Source: a virus
Virus record (IMG/VR): IMGVR_UViG_3300020472_000018
Location: 1-64,000 of that record
Length of the DNA stretch: 64,000 bases
Reading direction: 5' to 3' (one strand)
Each line of letters opens with the position of its first letter. The stretch's first letter is position 1. The notes beneath the pieces were generated by a model that was not told the DNA's origin, did not search any database, and saw only the letters and a list, made by a program, of their open reading frames with translations. Shown one piece after another: positions 31,157-41,900 of this stretch. The position numbers and the translations under genes were made by a program.

Positions 31157-34100
31157 ATGCCTCTTAATAAATTAGAAAATTTTATAAAGAATAGTGAAGG
31201 ACGCATTCTTTATGTAAACCCAAATGACCTTGATGCTACTGATGGTATTGAGAATCAGGGAAATTCCCTAACAAAACCTTTCAAAACGATTCAAAGAGCA
31301 CTCATTGAATCTGCTAGATTTTCTTATCTGAAAGGTAATGATAATGATATAGTAGAGAAAACAACTATATTATTATTTCCAGGTGAGCACCTTATAGACA
31401 ATAGACCAGGATTTGGTATAAAGGATGTAAATGGAACTGCTACAGCAATTAGTCCTAGTAGTTCAGAATCTGGAGCACAGAATACTCTTACATTAACTCT
31501 TAATTCTAATTTTGATTTAACGCAAGAGAATAATATACTCTATAAGTATAATAGTACAGAAGGTGGTGTTATAGTTCCAAGAGGAACATCAATTGTTGGA
31601 CTAGATTTAAGAAAGACTAAGATAAGACCTAAGTATGTTCCAAACCCAACAGATGATAATGTAAAACCTACTGCTATTTTTAGGGTTACAGGTGCTTGTT
31701 ATTTCTGGCAATTCTCTATATTTGATGGGGATGATTCTACTTTAGTATATACAGATCCTACTAATTTCTCAACTAGCAATCAATCTAAACCAATATTCTC
31801 TCACCACAAATTAACTTGTTTTGAGTATGCTGATGGTATTAATAAGTTAGATAATTTTGGTGGATTAACTGATTTAGATGTTTACTATAGTAAATTATCT
31901 AATGCTTACAATAGAGCATCTATTAGAGATATTGATGAGAAGTTTCCAGTTGCTTCACAGGGATTTGCAAAATCAAGACCTGAGTATGAAATAGTTGGTG
32001 CTTTTTCTTCAGATCGTATTCAGATACAGAATATTATTTCTGGTGATGGTAATACTGCTGGTCAGGTAGTTACAGTAACTACTGCAGTTCCACACCAATT
32101 AAGTGGTGATACTCCAATTAAAATTGAGGGTGTAAATGAATTAGCATATAATATTTCAACTAAAGTTCAAAATGTTTTAAATGAAACTCAATTTACATAT
32201 TTACTTCCATATGTTCCACCTAACCTGAAAGCAGGTCCTTCTGGTGGATTAAGTGCTGGTAGTGCTGAAGTTAGTGTAGAAGTTGATACTGTTACTGGTG
32301 CATCACCTTATATCTTTAACTGTTCACTAAGATCAGTTCTTGGTATGTGTGGTATGAAGGCTGATGGTGCAAAAGCAACTGGATTTAGATCTATGGTTGT
32401 AGCACAGTTTACTGGTGTTTCGCTACAAAAGGATGATCGTGCGTTTGTAAAATATAATCCTAATAGTAGATCATATGATGGTATTACATATCAGAGACAA
32501 ACTGGTGAGTTATTATCATCTGAAGCATCTTCTTTAAATCAAGCAACTGTTTATCATTTAGATAAGGATGCTGTTTATAGAGATGGTTGGAAGACGGCAC
32601 ATATTACACTAGAAAATGATGCTGTATTGCAGATCGTTTCTGTGTTTGCTATTGGTTATCATATTCACTTCTTAATGAAGTCGGGTGGTGACGCATCAAT
32701 TACAAACTCTAACTCTAACTTCGGTCAGTTTGCTCTTGCTGCTAGTGGATTTAAGAAAGAATCATTTGCAAAGGATAATAAAGGTTATATTACATCTATT
32801 ATTACACCAAAAGCAGTTGTTAGTCCAGAATCTGTAATTGATTTAACTCAACTTGATACTTCTGTAAACCAAGATTATAAAGCTGCTGATAGTTCACCTT
32901 GGACTGATAGTAAGTCTAAACTATTCATGTTGGGGCAAACTAATGGAAATCTTAAACCAACTGATATTGCACAAGGATTTAGAATAGGTGCGAGATTTAA
33001 TGAAAAGATTTATGTAGATTTAGCAAATGGTACTAAAACTGAAGCTACCATTTCTATGTCTAAGAAGACGGGTACTACCACAGTTAATGGTGTAGAGTAT
33101 GATATAACTGCAACAGTAGATATTACTTCTGAAAAGTCATATGAGGGTGTTCATAATGATACCACTCAAGGAAGTGCATCTTTAGTTCATAAATTAACAT
33201 TATCACAACCAAATGGTAATCCACATGATTTAAACAATGGTGAGTCTATAAGGATTATTGCTGAAAGTGGTGATCTTCCAGAAGGAATAGATCCTCATAG
33301 AAAGTATTATGCAATTACTTCTGAAAAGAATGGATCTAGACAGGATAGTATTCAGTTAAGTCAGTGGGAAATTCAGATTGCTTCATCTAAAACAAATGCT
33401 GAAAGGACAACTCCTGCATATATTAAATCTGTTTCAAATCCTGCTGCTGGTAAATTAAAAGTTATTAGTAGAGTTTCTGATAAGAAACCAGGTGAATTAG
33501 GACATCCAATGCAATTTGATGGTGTAAAACAAAATTGGTTTACACACGTTAGTGTTAATAATAATACTATATGGGATAATTTTGCAGATTTAGATGCTAA
33601 TGATGAGGATATTCCATACATTTTAAGGAGAACTGATGATAGGAGTTTAGATGATAAACTCTATAAGATCAGATATGTCATTCCAAAGGAATTAGAAAAT
33701 GCTAGAAACCCTAATGATAGTTTTGTAATTCAAGATTCTAGTTCTACTAATGTAAGATTTGATGCTGACTTTACTAGGACTTCAATTGGATCAACTGATT
33801 ATGATTATCATAGGAATTTAAGATTCGTTTCTCATCTTGATTATAATAGTACCACTAAGATTGTTACTATTAGATCTGATAAATCTCATAATTTAAATGC
33901 AGGTGAGCAAATTATTCTTAAGAACATAACTGATACCATTAATACAAATGGTGCAGCAGATAAGGGATATAATGGAACATTCCTTGTTAATAGTATTATT
34001 AATGATAAAACATTTACTTATAAAACAACTGATGTTTTAGGTAATGTTCGTAATGTAGGAACTTATAATAATGATACTAATATTAGGAATACTGGATTAC

Positions 34101-36844
34101 CTAGATTTGAAAGAAATGATAACAAAGAGAATCTATTTGTTTATAGAACAGAAACAATTCTACCATATGTTGAAGGATCACAAGATGGTGTTTTCCACTT
34201 GTATGTTCTGAATAGTAATAATGCTATAGAAGAAGAATTTACAACTGCAAAATACAATCAGAATGTTGTTAACCTTTATCCTCAATTAGATCGAGATAAT
34301 GTAAATGACAATCCAGAGGAAGCAACTAGTTATGCTAAGAGAAATCCAATTGGTGATGTAGTTACTAATGATCTTAAAAAGAGTATTACTAGAGAAACAA
34401 CTAATAAGTTATTGAATACCTTTGGAATTTCAAATACTATTAGTGATGTATCTGATAATACTACAACTGCTGTTCTAACATTTACAAAAGAACATGATTT
34501 AAATGGTTTAAAATATGGTGGAACTTTACAAGGTGGATCTGGACATACTGATGGTACATATTATAATGTAAAATTATTTGATGATGCATCTGCACCATCT
34601 TCTGCTGTTTGGAAAGGTGCTACTGCTAAAGTTGTTGTTAGTGGTGGATCAGTTACTGAATATGATATAACAGAATCGGGATCTGGATATAAGAGTTCAC
34701 TATCTCCATTATATTTTGATTCATCACTTACAGATCAAGGTGGTATTGGTGGTGCTCCCCAATCAAACATTGCTATTGCTGATGTAAACATTAGTTTAGC
34801 AACTAATAGTTATGTTCAGGTAACTGGTATTAGTACAGGAACTGATAATTATTTCAGAATTAATGATGTTACTGATATTAATAAGATTAATATTAATAAA
34901 ACTGCAAGTGAGGTTATTCTTGAAGGGCAGAGTGTTGTTAGTTTAGGTGAGGTAATTGAAATAACTGGAACTCCTACTCATGTAGGATCTACAAAAGTTA
35001 CTACATTTAGTACTACAAAGGCACATGGATTATCTGAAGGAAATGCTATTAGAATTTTAAATGCTTCTGATTCTAATCTTGGAGACTTTATTGTAGAATC
35101 TGTTATTGATGTAGATACATTTACCGCAGTTACTAGTACTATAGGAATAACATCTCCAAAATATATTCTTAAGCATGGATTATCTGCTAATAATTCACAA
35201 TCTGGAAAGGATGGAGAGAGATTAGGAACAAGAGGATTATCATTCTTTGATAATGAATCTTTAATCTTAAATCAATCAATTACTACTCAAGATGAATTTA
35301 AGGTTACTTTATCCGATGGAACTACAACTGCTGCATCTATTCAAGCAAGATTCCCATTAGGATCATTTATTCAAATTGATAGTGAGATAATGAGAATTAT
35401 CGATGAAACTATCGGTAATCAAACTACAATTAAGGTTATTCGTGGTGCATTAGGTACTATTGTTGATAATCACGTTATTAATTCTCAGATTAAGAAGATT
35501 AAACCACTTCCTGTTGAATTAAGAAGACCTTCTATACTTCGTGCATCTGGTCATACCTTTGAATATCTTGGTTATGGTCCAGGTAACTACTCAACTGGTT
35601 TACCTCAAGTTCAACTTAAGACTCTAACTGAAAGAGAAGAATTCTTATCACAATCACAAGAAATGTCTTGTGGTACTGTTGTTTACACAGGTATGAATGA
35701 TAAGGGTGATTTCTATATTGGAAACACTAAGATTTCATCTGACTCTGGTGAGCAGATAACATTTGATATTCCAGTTCCAACTGTAACAGGTGAAGATCCA
35801 AGTACACTTAGTGTTGTATTTGATGAAGTAATCATTAAAGATAGACTACTTGTTGAAGGTGGTGCATCTAAACAAATACTATCTCAGTTTAATGGTCCAG
35901 TTACATTCAATGGAAATGTAAGATTCAATAAGGATCTTAGAATTACTAAGAAATTAATTGTTGATGGTGAAAGTAGATTTACTAATGGAACAGAAGCTAC
36001 ATCTGCATGTGGTGGAGTACCATCTGGTGGTGTAATTATTGAAGGTGGTATTTCTATAGGTAATAAGTTATCTACCTCACAAAGAGCAATAAGTGTTCTT
36101 GAGGGTAATGTTAGTTTATGTAATACTACTGACAGTACAAGTGTTGATTCAGGATCTTTCATTACAGATGGTGGAGCTGGATTTGCTAAAAATGTACATA
36201 TTGGTGGTATTCTAGATGTTAGTGCTAATATTAATGCTGATGGTGGTTTACATTTACCCGATAATGATGTTTTAACTGCTGGTGCAACTGCTTCCAATTC
36301 TCACTTTGCTATCTGGCACAATGTTAGTGGTTCAGGTACTCGTACCAATATTATCAGAGATAATACTGCTGCAAACATATACATTCAGAGTGATGCTAAT
36401 GTTGAGATAACCAACAAAAATAATACTGAGCAAGGTTTAATTTATACTGCTGGAGCAGGTATTCAATTACGACATCAAGGTCAACTAAGACTTGAAACTA
36501 ATTCTAGTGGAATTAAAGTACATGATGATATAGAAGCTATAGGTGATATTACTGCATTCTTAGCTTCTGATAGAAGATTAAAGGATAATATAACACCTAT
36601 TCCTAATGCTCTTAAAAAGGTTCTTTCAATTAGTGGTAATACATTTGATTGGAATGAAGCATCTAAGAATGAAGGTAAAGGAGATACTGGTGTAATTGCT
36701 CAAGAGATTGAAGCATTAGATTTACCTGGTGTAACTACTATTAGAGATGATGGTACACACGCTGTTGCTTATGAAAAACTTGTTCCTCTCCTAATAGAAG
36801 CAATTAAGGAATTGAATTCTAAAGTTGATGCTTTTCATTCATAA
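31157..36844 (+). CDS. Very large tail fibre/structural protein with C-terminal intramolecular chaperone (peptidase S74)
   Basis: ILYVNP..D..GNSLTKPFKTIQRA N-terminus; beta-helix shared with 12354; SDRRLKDNI..GVIAQE..VAYEKLVPLLIEAIKEL. Confidence 0.8.
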   Translation: MPLNKLENFIKNSEGRILYVNPNDLDATDGIENQGNSLTKPFKTIQRALIESARFSYLKGNDNDIVEKTTILLFPGEHLIDNRPGFGIKDVNGTATAISPSSSESGAQNTLTLTLNSNFDLTQENNILYKYNSTEGGVIVPRGTSIVGLDLRKTKIRPKYVPNPTDDNVKPTAIFRVTGACYFWQFSIFDGDDSTLVYTDPTNFSTSNQSKPIFSHHKLTCFEYADGINKLDNFGGLTDLDVYYSKLSNAYNRASIRDIDEKFPVASQGFAKSRPEYEIVGAFSSDRIQIQNIISGDGNTAGQVVTVTTAVPHQLSGDTPIKIEGVNELAYNISTKVQNVLNETQFTYLLPYVPPNLKAGPSGGLSAGSAEVSVEVDTVTGASPYIFNCSLRSVLGMCGMKADGAKATGFRSMVVAQFTGVSLQKDDRAFVKYNPNSRSYDGITYQRQTGELLSSEASSLNQATVYHLDKDAVYRDGWKTAHITLENDAVLQIVSVFAIGYHIHFLMKSGGDASITNSNSNFGQFALAASGFKKESFAKDNKGYITSIITPKAVVSPESVIDLTQLDTSVNQDYKAADSSPWTDSKSKLFMLGQTNGNLKPTDIAQGFRIGARFNEKIYVDLANGTKTEATISMSKKTGTTTVNGVEYDITATVDITSEKSYEGVHNDTTQGSASLVHKLTLSQPNGNPHDLNNGESIRIIAESGDLPEGIDPHRKYYAITSEKNGSRQDSIQLSQWEIQIASSKTNAERTTPAYIKSVSNPAAGKLKVISRVSDKKPGELGHPMQFDGVKQNWFTHVSVNNNTIWDNFADLDANDEDIPYILRRTDDRSLDDKLYKIRYVIPKELENARNPNDSFVIQDSSSTNVRFDADFTRTSIGSTDYDYHRNLRFVSHLDYNSTTKIVTIRSDKSHNLNAGEQIILKNITDTINTNGAADKGYNGTFLVNSIINDKTFTYKTTDVLGNVRNVGTYNNDTNIRNTGLPRFERNDNKENLFVYRTETILPYVEGSQDGVFHLYVLNSNNAIEEEFTTAKYNQNVVNLYPQLDRDNVNDNPEEATSYAKRNPIGDVVTNDLKKSITRETTNKLLNTFGISNTISDVSDNTTTAVLTFTKEHDLNGLKYGGTLQGGSGHTDGTYYNVKLFDDASAPSSAVWKGATAKVVVSGGSVTEYDITESGSGYKSSLSPLYFDSSLTDQGGIGGAPQSNIAIADVNISLATNSYVQVTGISTGTDNYFRINDVTDINKININKTASEVILEGQSVVSLGEVIEITGTPTHVGSTKVTTFSTTKAHGLSEGNAIRILNASDSNLGDFIVESVIDVDTFTAVTSTIGITSPKYILKHGLSANNSQSGKDGERLGTRGLSFFDNESLILNQSITTQDEFKVTLSDGTTTAASIQARFPLGSFIQIDSEIMRIIDETIGNQTTIKVIRGALGTIVDNHVINSQIKKIKPLPVELRRPSILRASGHTFEYLGYGPGNYSTGLPQVQLKTLTEREEFLSQSQEMSCGTVVYTGMNDKGDFYIGNTKISSDSGEQITFDIPVPTVTGEDPSTLSVVFDEVIIKDRLLVEGGASKQILSQFNGPVTFNGNVRFNKDLRITKKLIVDGESRFTNGTEATSACGGVPSGGVIIEGGISIGNKLSTSQRAISVLEGNVSLCNTTDSTSVDSGSFITDGGAGFAKNVHIGGILDVSANINADGGLHLPDNDVLTAGATASNSHFAIWHNVSGSGTRTNIIRDNTAANIYIQSDANVEITNKNNTEQGLIYTAGAGIQLRHQGQLRLETNSSGIKVHDDIEAIGDITAFLASDRRLKDNITPIPNALKKVLSISGNTFDWNEASKNEGKGDTGVIAQEIEALDLPGVTTIRDDGTHAVAYEKLVPLLIEAIKELNSKVDAFHS

Positions 36845-36870
36845 TAAATAACTAAAAAATTAGTATATAA

Positions 36871-38901
36871 ATGGCTAATATCAAGAAGGCATTCAATTTC
36901 AGAAATGGTGTCCAGGTTGATGATGACAATCTGATCGTAAATGCAAATGGCTTGGTTGGAGTGGGAACTACCGTTCCGACTGAGGCTTTGGATGTCCGAG
37001 GTAAAGTCAAAGTAATTCAAGATCCAAATGTTGTTGGATCTGGTTTGATAAACGCTACATCTGGTATAATTACATCTCTTACTGTAACAGATACTTTAAT
37101 TGTAAATTCAAGTAATATAAGTTCTGGACAAGTTGGTGAAGGTGTTGCTGTAGGATCTCCTGCTGGAATTGTAACTGCTACTTCTTCTGGTATTGTTACT
37201 TATTATGGAGATGGTTCTAGTTTAGATGGTTTACCAACATCTCAATGGGATAATGTTGATGTTGGGTTAGGATATACAAGCATATATGCGAGGGGTAACG
37301 TAGGTGTGGGGACTGTAGATCCTCGATTTACCCTCCAAGTTGGTGGAAATAATGGTTTAACTCTTGTTGATGGTGTAGGAATTAATTCTACAGGTGGTAT
37401 ATTAGCAACTGGTGTTGTTACTGCTACTACTTTCAAAGGAAATGTTAGTGGAGATATATCTAGTGGTTTATCTACTATTACTCAACTAGAAAATACAAAT
37501 ACGAATACTGTAGGTGTTGTAACTGCTGGATCTGGATTTGTTGGTGATTTAACAGGTAATGTTACTTCTGGTAATAGTGCTCTTGGTATTGCAACTGCAT
37601 CTAGCCTTGATGTTAGTGGTAGTGTAACTGGTATTGCATTTACTGGTCCTTTATCTGGTAATGTTACTGGTAATGTTACTGGAGATCTTACAGGTGATGT
37701 TACTAGTGGTTTATCATCTATTACTAGAATAGAAACTACTTATATTAATTCTTCAACAACAACTGGTGTTGTTACAACAGGAAGAGTTATTGCTACAAGT
37801 GCTAACTTAGGAATTTCAACTGCTTCTACTTTTAATGTATCTGGTAAGTTGGGTGTAGGTATTAATGCACCTGAACATAATGTAGAAGTTTATAGTGCAG
37901 GTATATCTTCTGTAACTGTTATTGGACAAAGAAATTCAGTATTATCTCTCTGCCAAAGAATTCCACCTACTACTGGTGTAGGTGATAGTATGGGTGGTAT
38001 TAGATTTGGTAATGAAGCTAAATCTTTTGATATATTTAATGGTGATACTGGTAATATTAATCAGTATTTGCATCTAGGTGCTTTTGTTGGTGTTAATACT
38101 GGAAATTATAACTGGTATCATAGATCAACTACCAACTTGATGACTCTTACTTATGATGGTAAATTAGGTATAGGTAAGTCTCAACCAGATTCAAAACTGG
38201 ACGTAGTTGGTGTATCATCCTTTACAGGAAATGTTTCTGTAATTGGAGATTTAGAGGTTACTGGTGCTTTTACTGGAACTGCTTCTATTCCTGATATTAT
38301 AAATGGATCTAATATTAATTCAATATCTGGTATTTCAACATTTAATAAGTTAAATGTTGCAGGTAGTGTTGGTTTATCTACTTTAGCAATAGGTGTTGCT
38401 ATTGAAGATACTAAAGCAAATATTGATGCAAGAGGAAGTACTGCATTAATTAGTAGAGTTGCTATTGGAGCTTCAATAGAAAATATTGGTGATAGTAATG
38501 TATTGGTAGGTGGTCCTGCAAACTTTGCTTCTGGTATAGGTATTAACACATCTCTTACTGGAATAACATCTATACGTGTTGCTGATACTCCGATTGATAT
38601 TGGAGCATCAAATATTACTCTTGATCGTTCAAACCTTATCTTAGAGAATACTTCTGGAATTGTAGTAAAAGGTGAAGGTAATGTTGGTTCTGGTGTAGCA
38701 CAACCTAGAGCAGCAGTTGACTTTGGTGATGCTGGAAATATTTTAGGTAGGTATGTAATTTTACCAAGAGTAACTACTACTGAGAGGGGTAATCTTACCA
38801 ATATAACTAGTACTGGAGTTGAAGCTGGAGCATTGATTTTCAATACTTCAACTAATAAGTTCCAAGGTTATACTGGAAGTACTTGGGTTGATCTACACTA
38901 A
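36871..38901 (+). CDS. Tail fibre protein
   Basis: GLVGVGT, GNVGVGT, GIVTA repeats; LPRVTTTER..GALIFNTSTNKFQGY.G..W C-terminus. Confidence 0.7.
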   Translation: MANIKKAFNFRNGVQVDDDNLIVNANGLVGVGTTVPTEALDVRGKVKVIQDPNVVGSGLINATSGIITSLTVTDTLIVNSSNISSGQVGEGVAVGSPAGIVTATSSGIVTYYGDGSSLDGLPTSQWDNVDVGLGYTSIYARGNVGVGTVDPRFTLQVGGNNGLTLVDGVGINSTGGILATGVVTATTFKGNVSGDISSGLSTITQLENTNTNTVGVVTAGSGFVGDLTGNVTSGNSALGIATASSLDVSGSVTGIAFTGPLSGNVTGNVTGDLTGDVTSGLSSITRIETTYINSSTTTGVVTTGRVIATSANLGISTASTFNVSGKLGVGINAPEHNVEVYSAGISSVTVIGQRNSVLSLCQRIPPTTGVGDSMGGIRFGNEAKSFDIFNGDTGNINQYLHLGAFVGVNTGNYNWYHRSTTNLMTLTYDGKLGIGKSQPDSKLDVVGVSSFTGNVSVIGDLEVTGAFTGTASIPDIINGSNINSISGISTFNKLNVAGSVGLSTLAIGVAIEDTKANIDARGSTALISRVAIGASIENIGDSNVLVGGPANFASGIGINTSLTGITSIRVADTPIDIGASNITLDRSNLILENTSGIVVKGEGNVGSGVAQPRAAVDFGDAGNILGRYVILPRVTTTERGNLTNITSTGVEAGALIFNTSTNKFQGYTGSTWVDLH

Positions 38902-38913
38902 AGGGAATCATTA

Positions 38914-41900
38914 ATGGCAAGAAAGAATTATCAGGTCAAGGCTAAAGATGGTACTTGTTGGCAAAAGATACATCATTTTCTATGTTGTACAACTTATAAT
39001 GAATTAAATATTCCAGATCGTGAGTGTCTTTGTAAAGATGATGCTAAGTATGATGAAACTATTGGTACATATCAATTATCTCTTGCAGAAGCAGAAGAAT
39101 TAAGAAAACACCCAGACATTCAATATGTTGAATTAGATTCCACATTCCATGCACATGAAATGGGATCTAAAGGTGGTCATATGAATGAAGATATAGAATG
39201 GCATTCTAATAGGTTTGGTAAGAATGTAAAAAATTATAGAGATTTGCATTACGTTCCTGATACTCCACAGTTAGTTCAGAGTTCATTGATGACTATTACT
39301 GGTCAGTCGGGTCAAGGAACTACTAATTGGATTAAAGTTAAAGATGTGCATCCTAATACTGATGCACTGAATTATTGGCAGTTGGTGGGATTTCCTTTGA
39401 TATATGATTATGCTGTATATCCAAGTGCCCCTACAAATGCTAATGATCCTGATCCTTTAAGAAATTCAACTCAGACTGGAAGTAATCTTATTACCATCTC
39501 ATCTACAGGACCTTATCAACTTTTTGTAGCAGCAGATGGTGAGTATGCTTCTATAGAGTGGATTAGAGATGATGGATATAAAATTTTCCCAGATTTAACT
39601 TCTGGTCGAAGACAGTATCCTGCTAATACTATGGATCTAATACCAAACATACCTGCAGGAATGGAGAATTTTTATAGTGGTTGGAATGGTAGAACTGATG
39701 GAAAAACAGGTACAACTAAAGAAATTATAGATTCTTCTCTTTATTGGGGAATAAAATATCAAATCATTAATTTAGGTATTTTAAAAGCAGGAACCCATAC
39801 AATTACTTATCAAATAAGAAATGGTAGTCATGGTGATCCTAATAAAGAAGATTGGAATAATAACCCTGGTGGAATTGCTTGGCAGATTTATAGTATGGGT
39901 GGATACACTGCGGATTATTATACTCAGCAAGGTATTTCGGGAGATTATAAGAGTTATGTATCAGATGTAAATTATATAATTGGTACTTCAACTTGGGATT
40001 CTGCAGAATGGAATAGAACTGGTTATCAATTATTGAGATGTCAAGAAAGTTCGACTACTAATCCTTGGGCAAGTAGTACTCGTACAGTTAAAAATCAAGA
40101 TATTCAATATACAAATGATGGTTTAGATGTTGATGTAGTAGTAACAGATAATGGACATTGGTTTGCACATCCAGAATTTTGTACTGGTGAGAATGATCCA
40201 CCAAACTATATTTCAGGTAATGTATTAAATCGTTCAGGTAAATGTGGTGTCTTGGATATGATTTTAGACGCACCATATTATCTTGATCCTGAATGGTTTG
40301 ATTCAGATCCTTCTAATAGATTAACTACTCGTTGGGATGGTACAAGAGTTCCTGTAGAAAGTGTGGCAAGAGCTTGGTGGTATAGTGCATCACTTAGATC
40401 ACGGATATCAACAGGACAATCATACGATTTTCCTGATTTTGGTGGTTTTGCTATCTCTGCTACTTATACTAGAGCATATTGTAATGGTACTAAAACAAAT
40501 GTTCCATCAATTTTTTCTCGTGGTGATCATGGAACTCCTTGTGCTTCCCAAGCTTATGGTAAGAATTATGGGTGGGCTTTTAATGCTAATAAGTGGTCTA
40601 TTACTTTGTGGGCCGTAACTAGTACAGTTACTTATAGAGTAACTCAAATATTTCATAAGCATAAACCAAATAATCCTAAGTTTAATACAAAAAATCCAAC
40701 AATTTCATCTAATAGTTGGGGGAAAACGAGTAGAAATCTTTTGGATAATGATGATGTCTATACTTATGAATATAGGGGAACTGCGTATGGTCAAACTGAT
40801 CAGAATATAAAGGATGGGGTTTCTATACCTGGTGGAGTTTCTAAGATTCTAGATATCCCACACTTTATAAAGCAAGGTGGTGGACGTGAAAGTATATCTT
40901 ATCTAAACACTTTTACTCCAACCCCAGATCAAACCTTTATTAAACTTCCTTACTCTAGAGGACAGTCTTTGGAAGCAGGAGAGGAGAATGCTTTAAAAGC
41001 TGCTATTACTGAGGGAGTTATCTTTTCTTTTTCTTCTGGTAATCAGGCATTTTATCTTACACAAGAAGGTGATGTGGATCATAATAATAAAGTGATTAAA
41101 GAAAATGGGACAGAATGGTACATTCATAGAGCTCCTTATCCAATGGGAGTAAAGGATGATTCTGGTTATGATTTATTTTCTATTGGTGCTATTGATAATG
41201 AATTAAAAAGTAGATGGTCATTAACATCTGACACGATTTTTAAGGATAAAGGAACTGGTACAACAAGTAAATATCAAAACGATAATATTGAGACTTTAGC
41301 TAGAGGCAGTGCTGGAAAAAAAGTTCTTAGTGCTGCTGGAAATAATGATTTAAAATTTGCAGAATGTGGGATGGCTAATATTGAATCGATGGTGGACAGT
41401 GAGGATTATAGTAATAGAGGAAATCATATAGATTTTTATGCTCCTGCTGATGGTACACTAGCTGCAGATATTGCAATTAATTATGCTACTGATACACAAA
41501 ACCCCTCTACTGGAGGTGATGGACCACACCGTATGGAGATAGTTAGAGGTGAAATAGTCACAGGCAATAATCGTTTTTGTGACACTCAATTTAGTGGAAC
41601 TTCCTCTGCTTGTCCTGTAACTGTTGGATTACTGGCTTGTGCTATGCAGCAGAATAGAGGTTGGTCTTGTACTCAATTAAAAACATATTTAAAACAACAA
41701 ATTTCTCCAGAAACTAGTAGTACTTTTTATCTAGGATATGAACCTGGATCAAATCCAGACTCTTTGAAATGGGCAGCTGATTTTACTACAAATGAAACTG
41801 ATGTTAGAATAATTAGAGAGATTTCTGGTTCAAAAACAACACCTAATCCAGTTTATGAAGCAACTAGTGGATTAGCTCCATCTAGACCAAATTTAAATGA

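Noticed and set aside
38181-38843. 220-aa antisense ORF and similar antisense ORFs (e.g. 6486-6995, 35884-36297)
   Set aside because: Lie opposite well-supported genes; explained by codon bias
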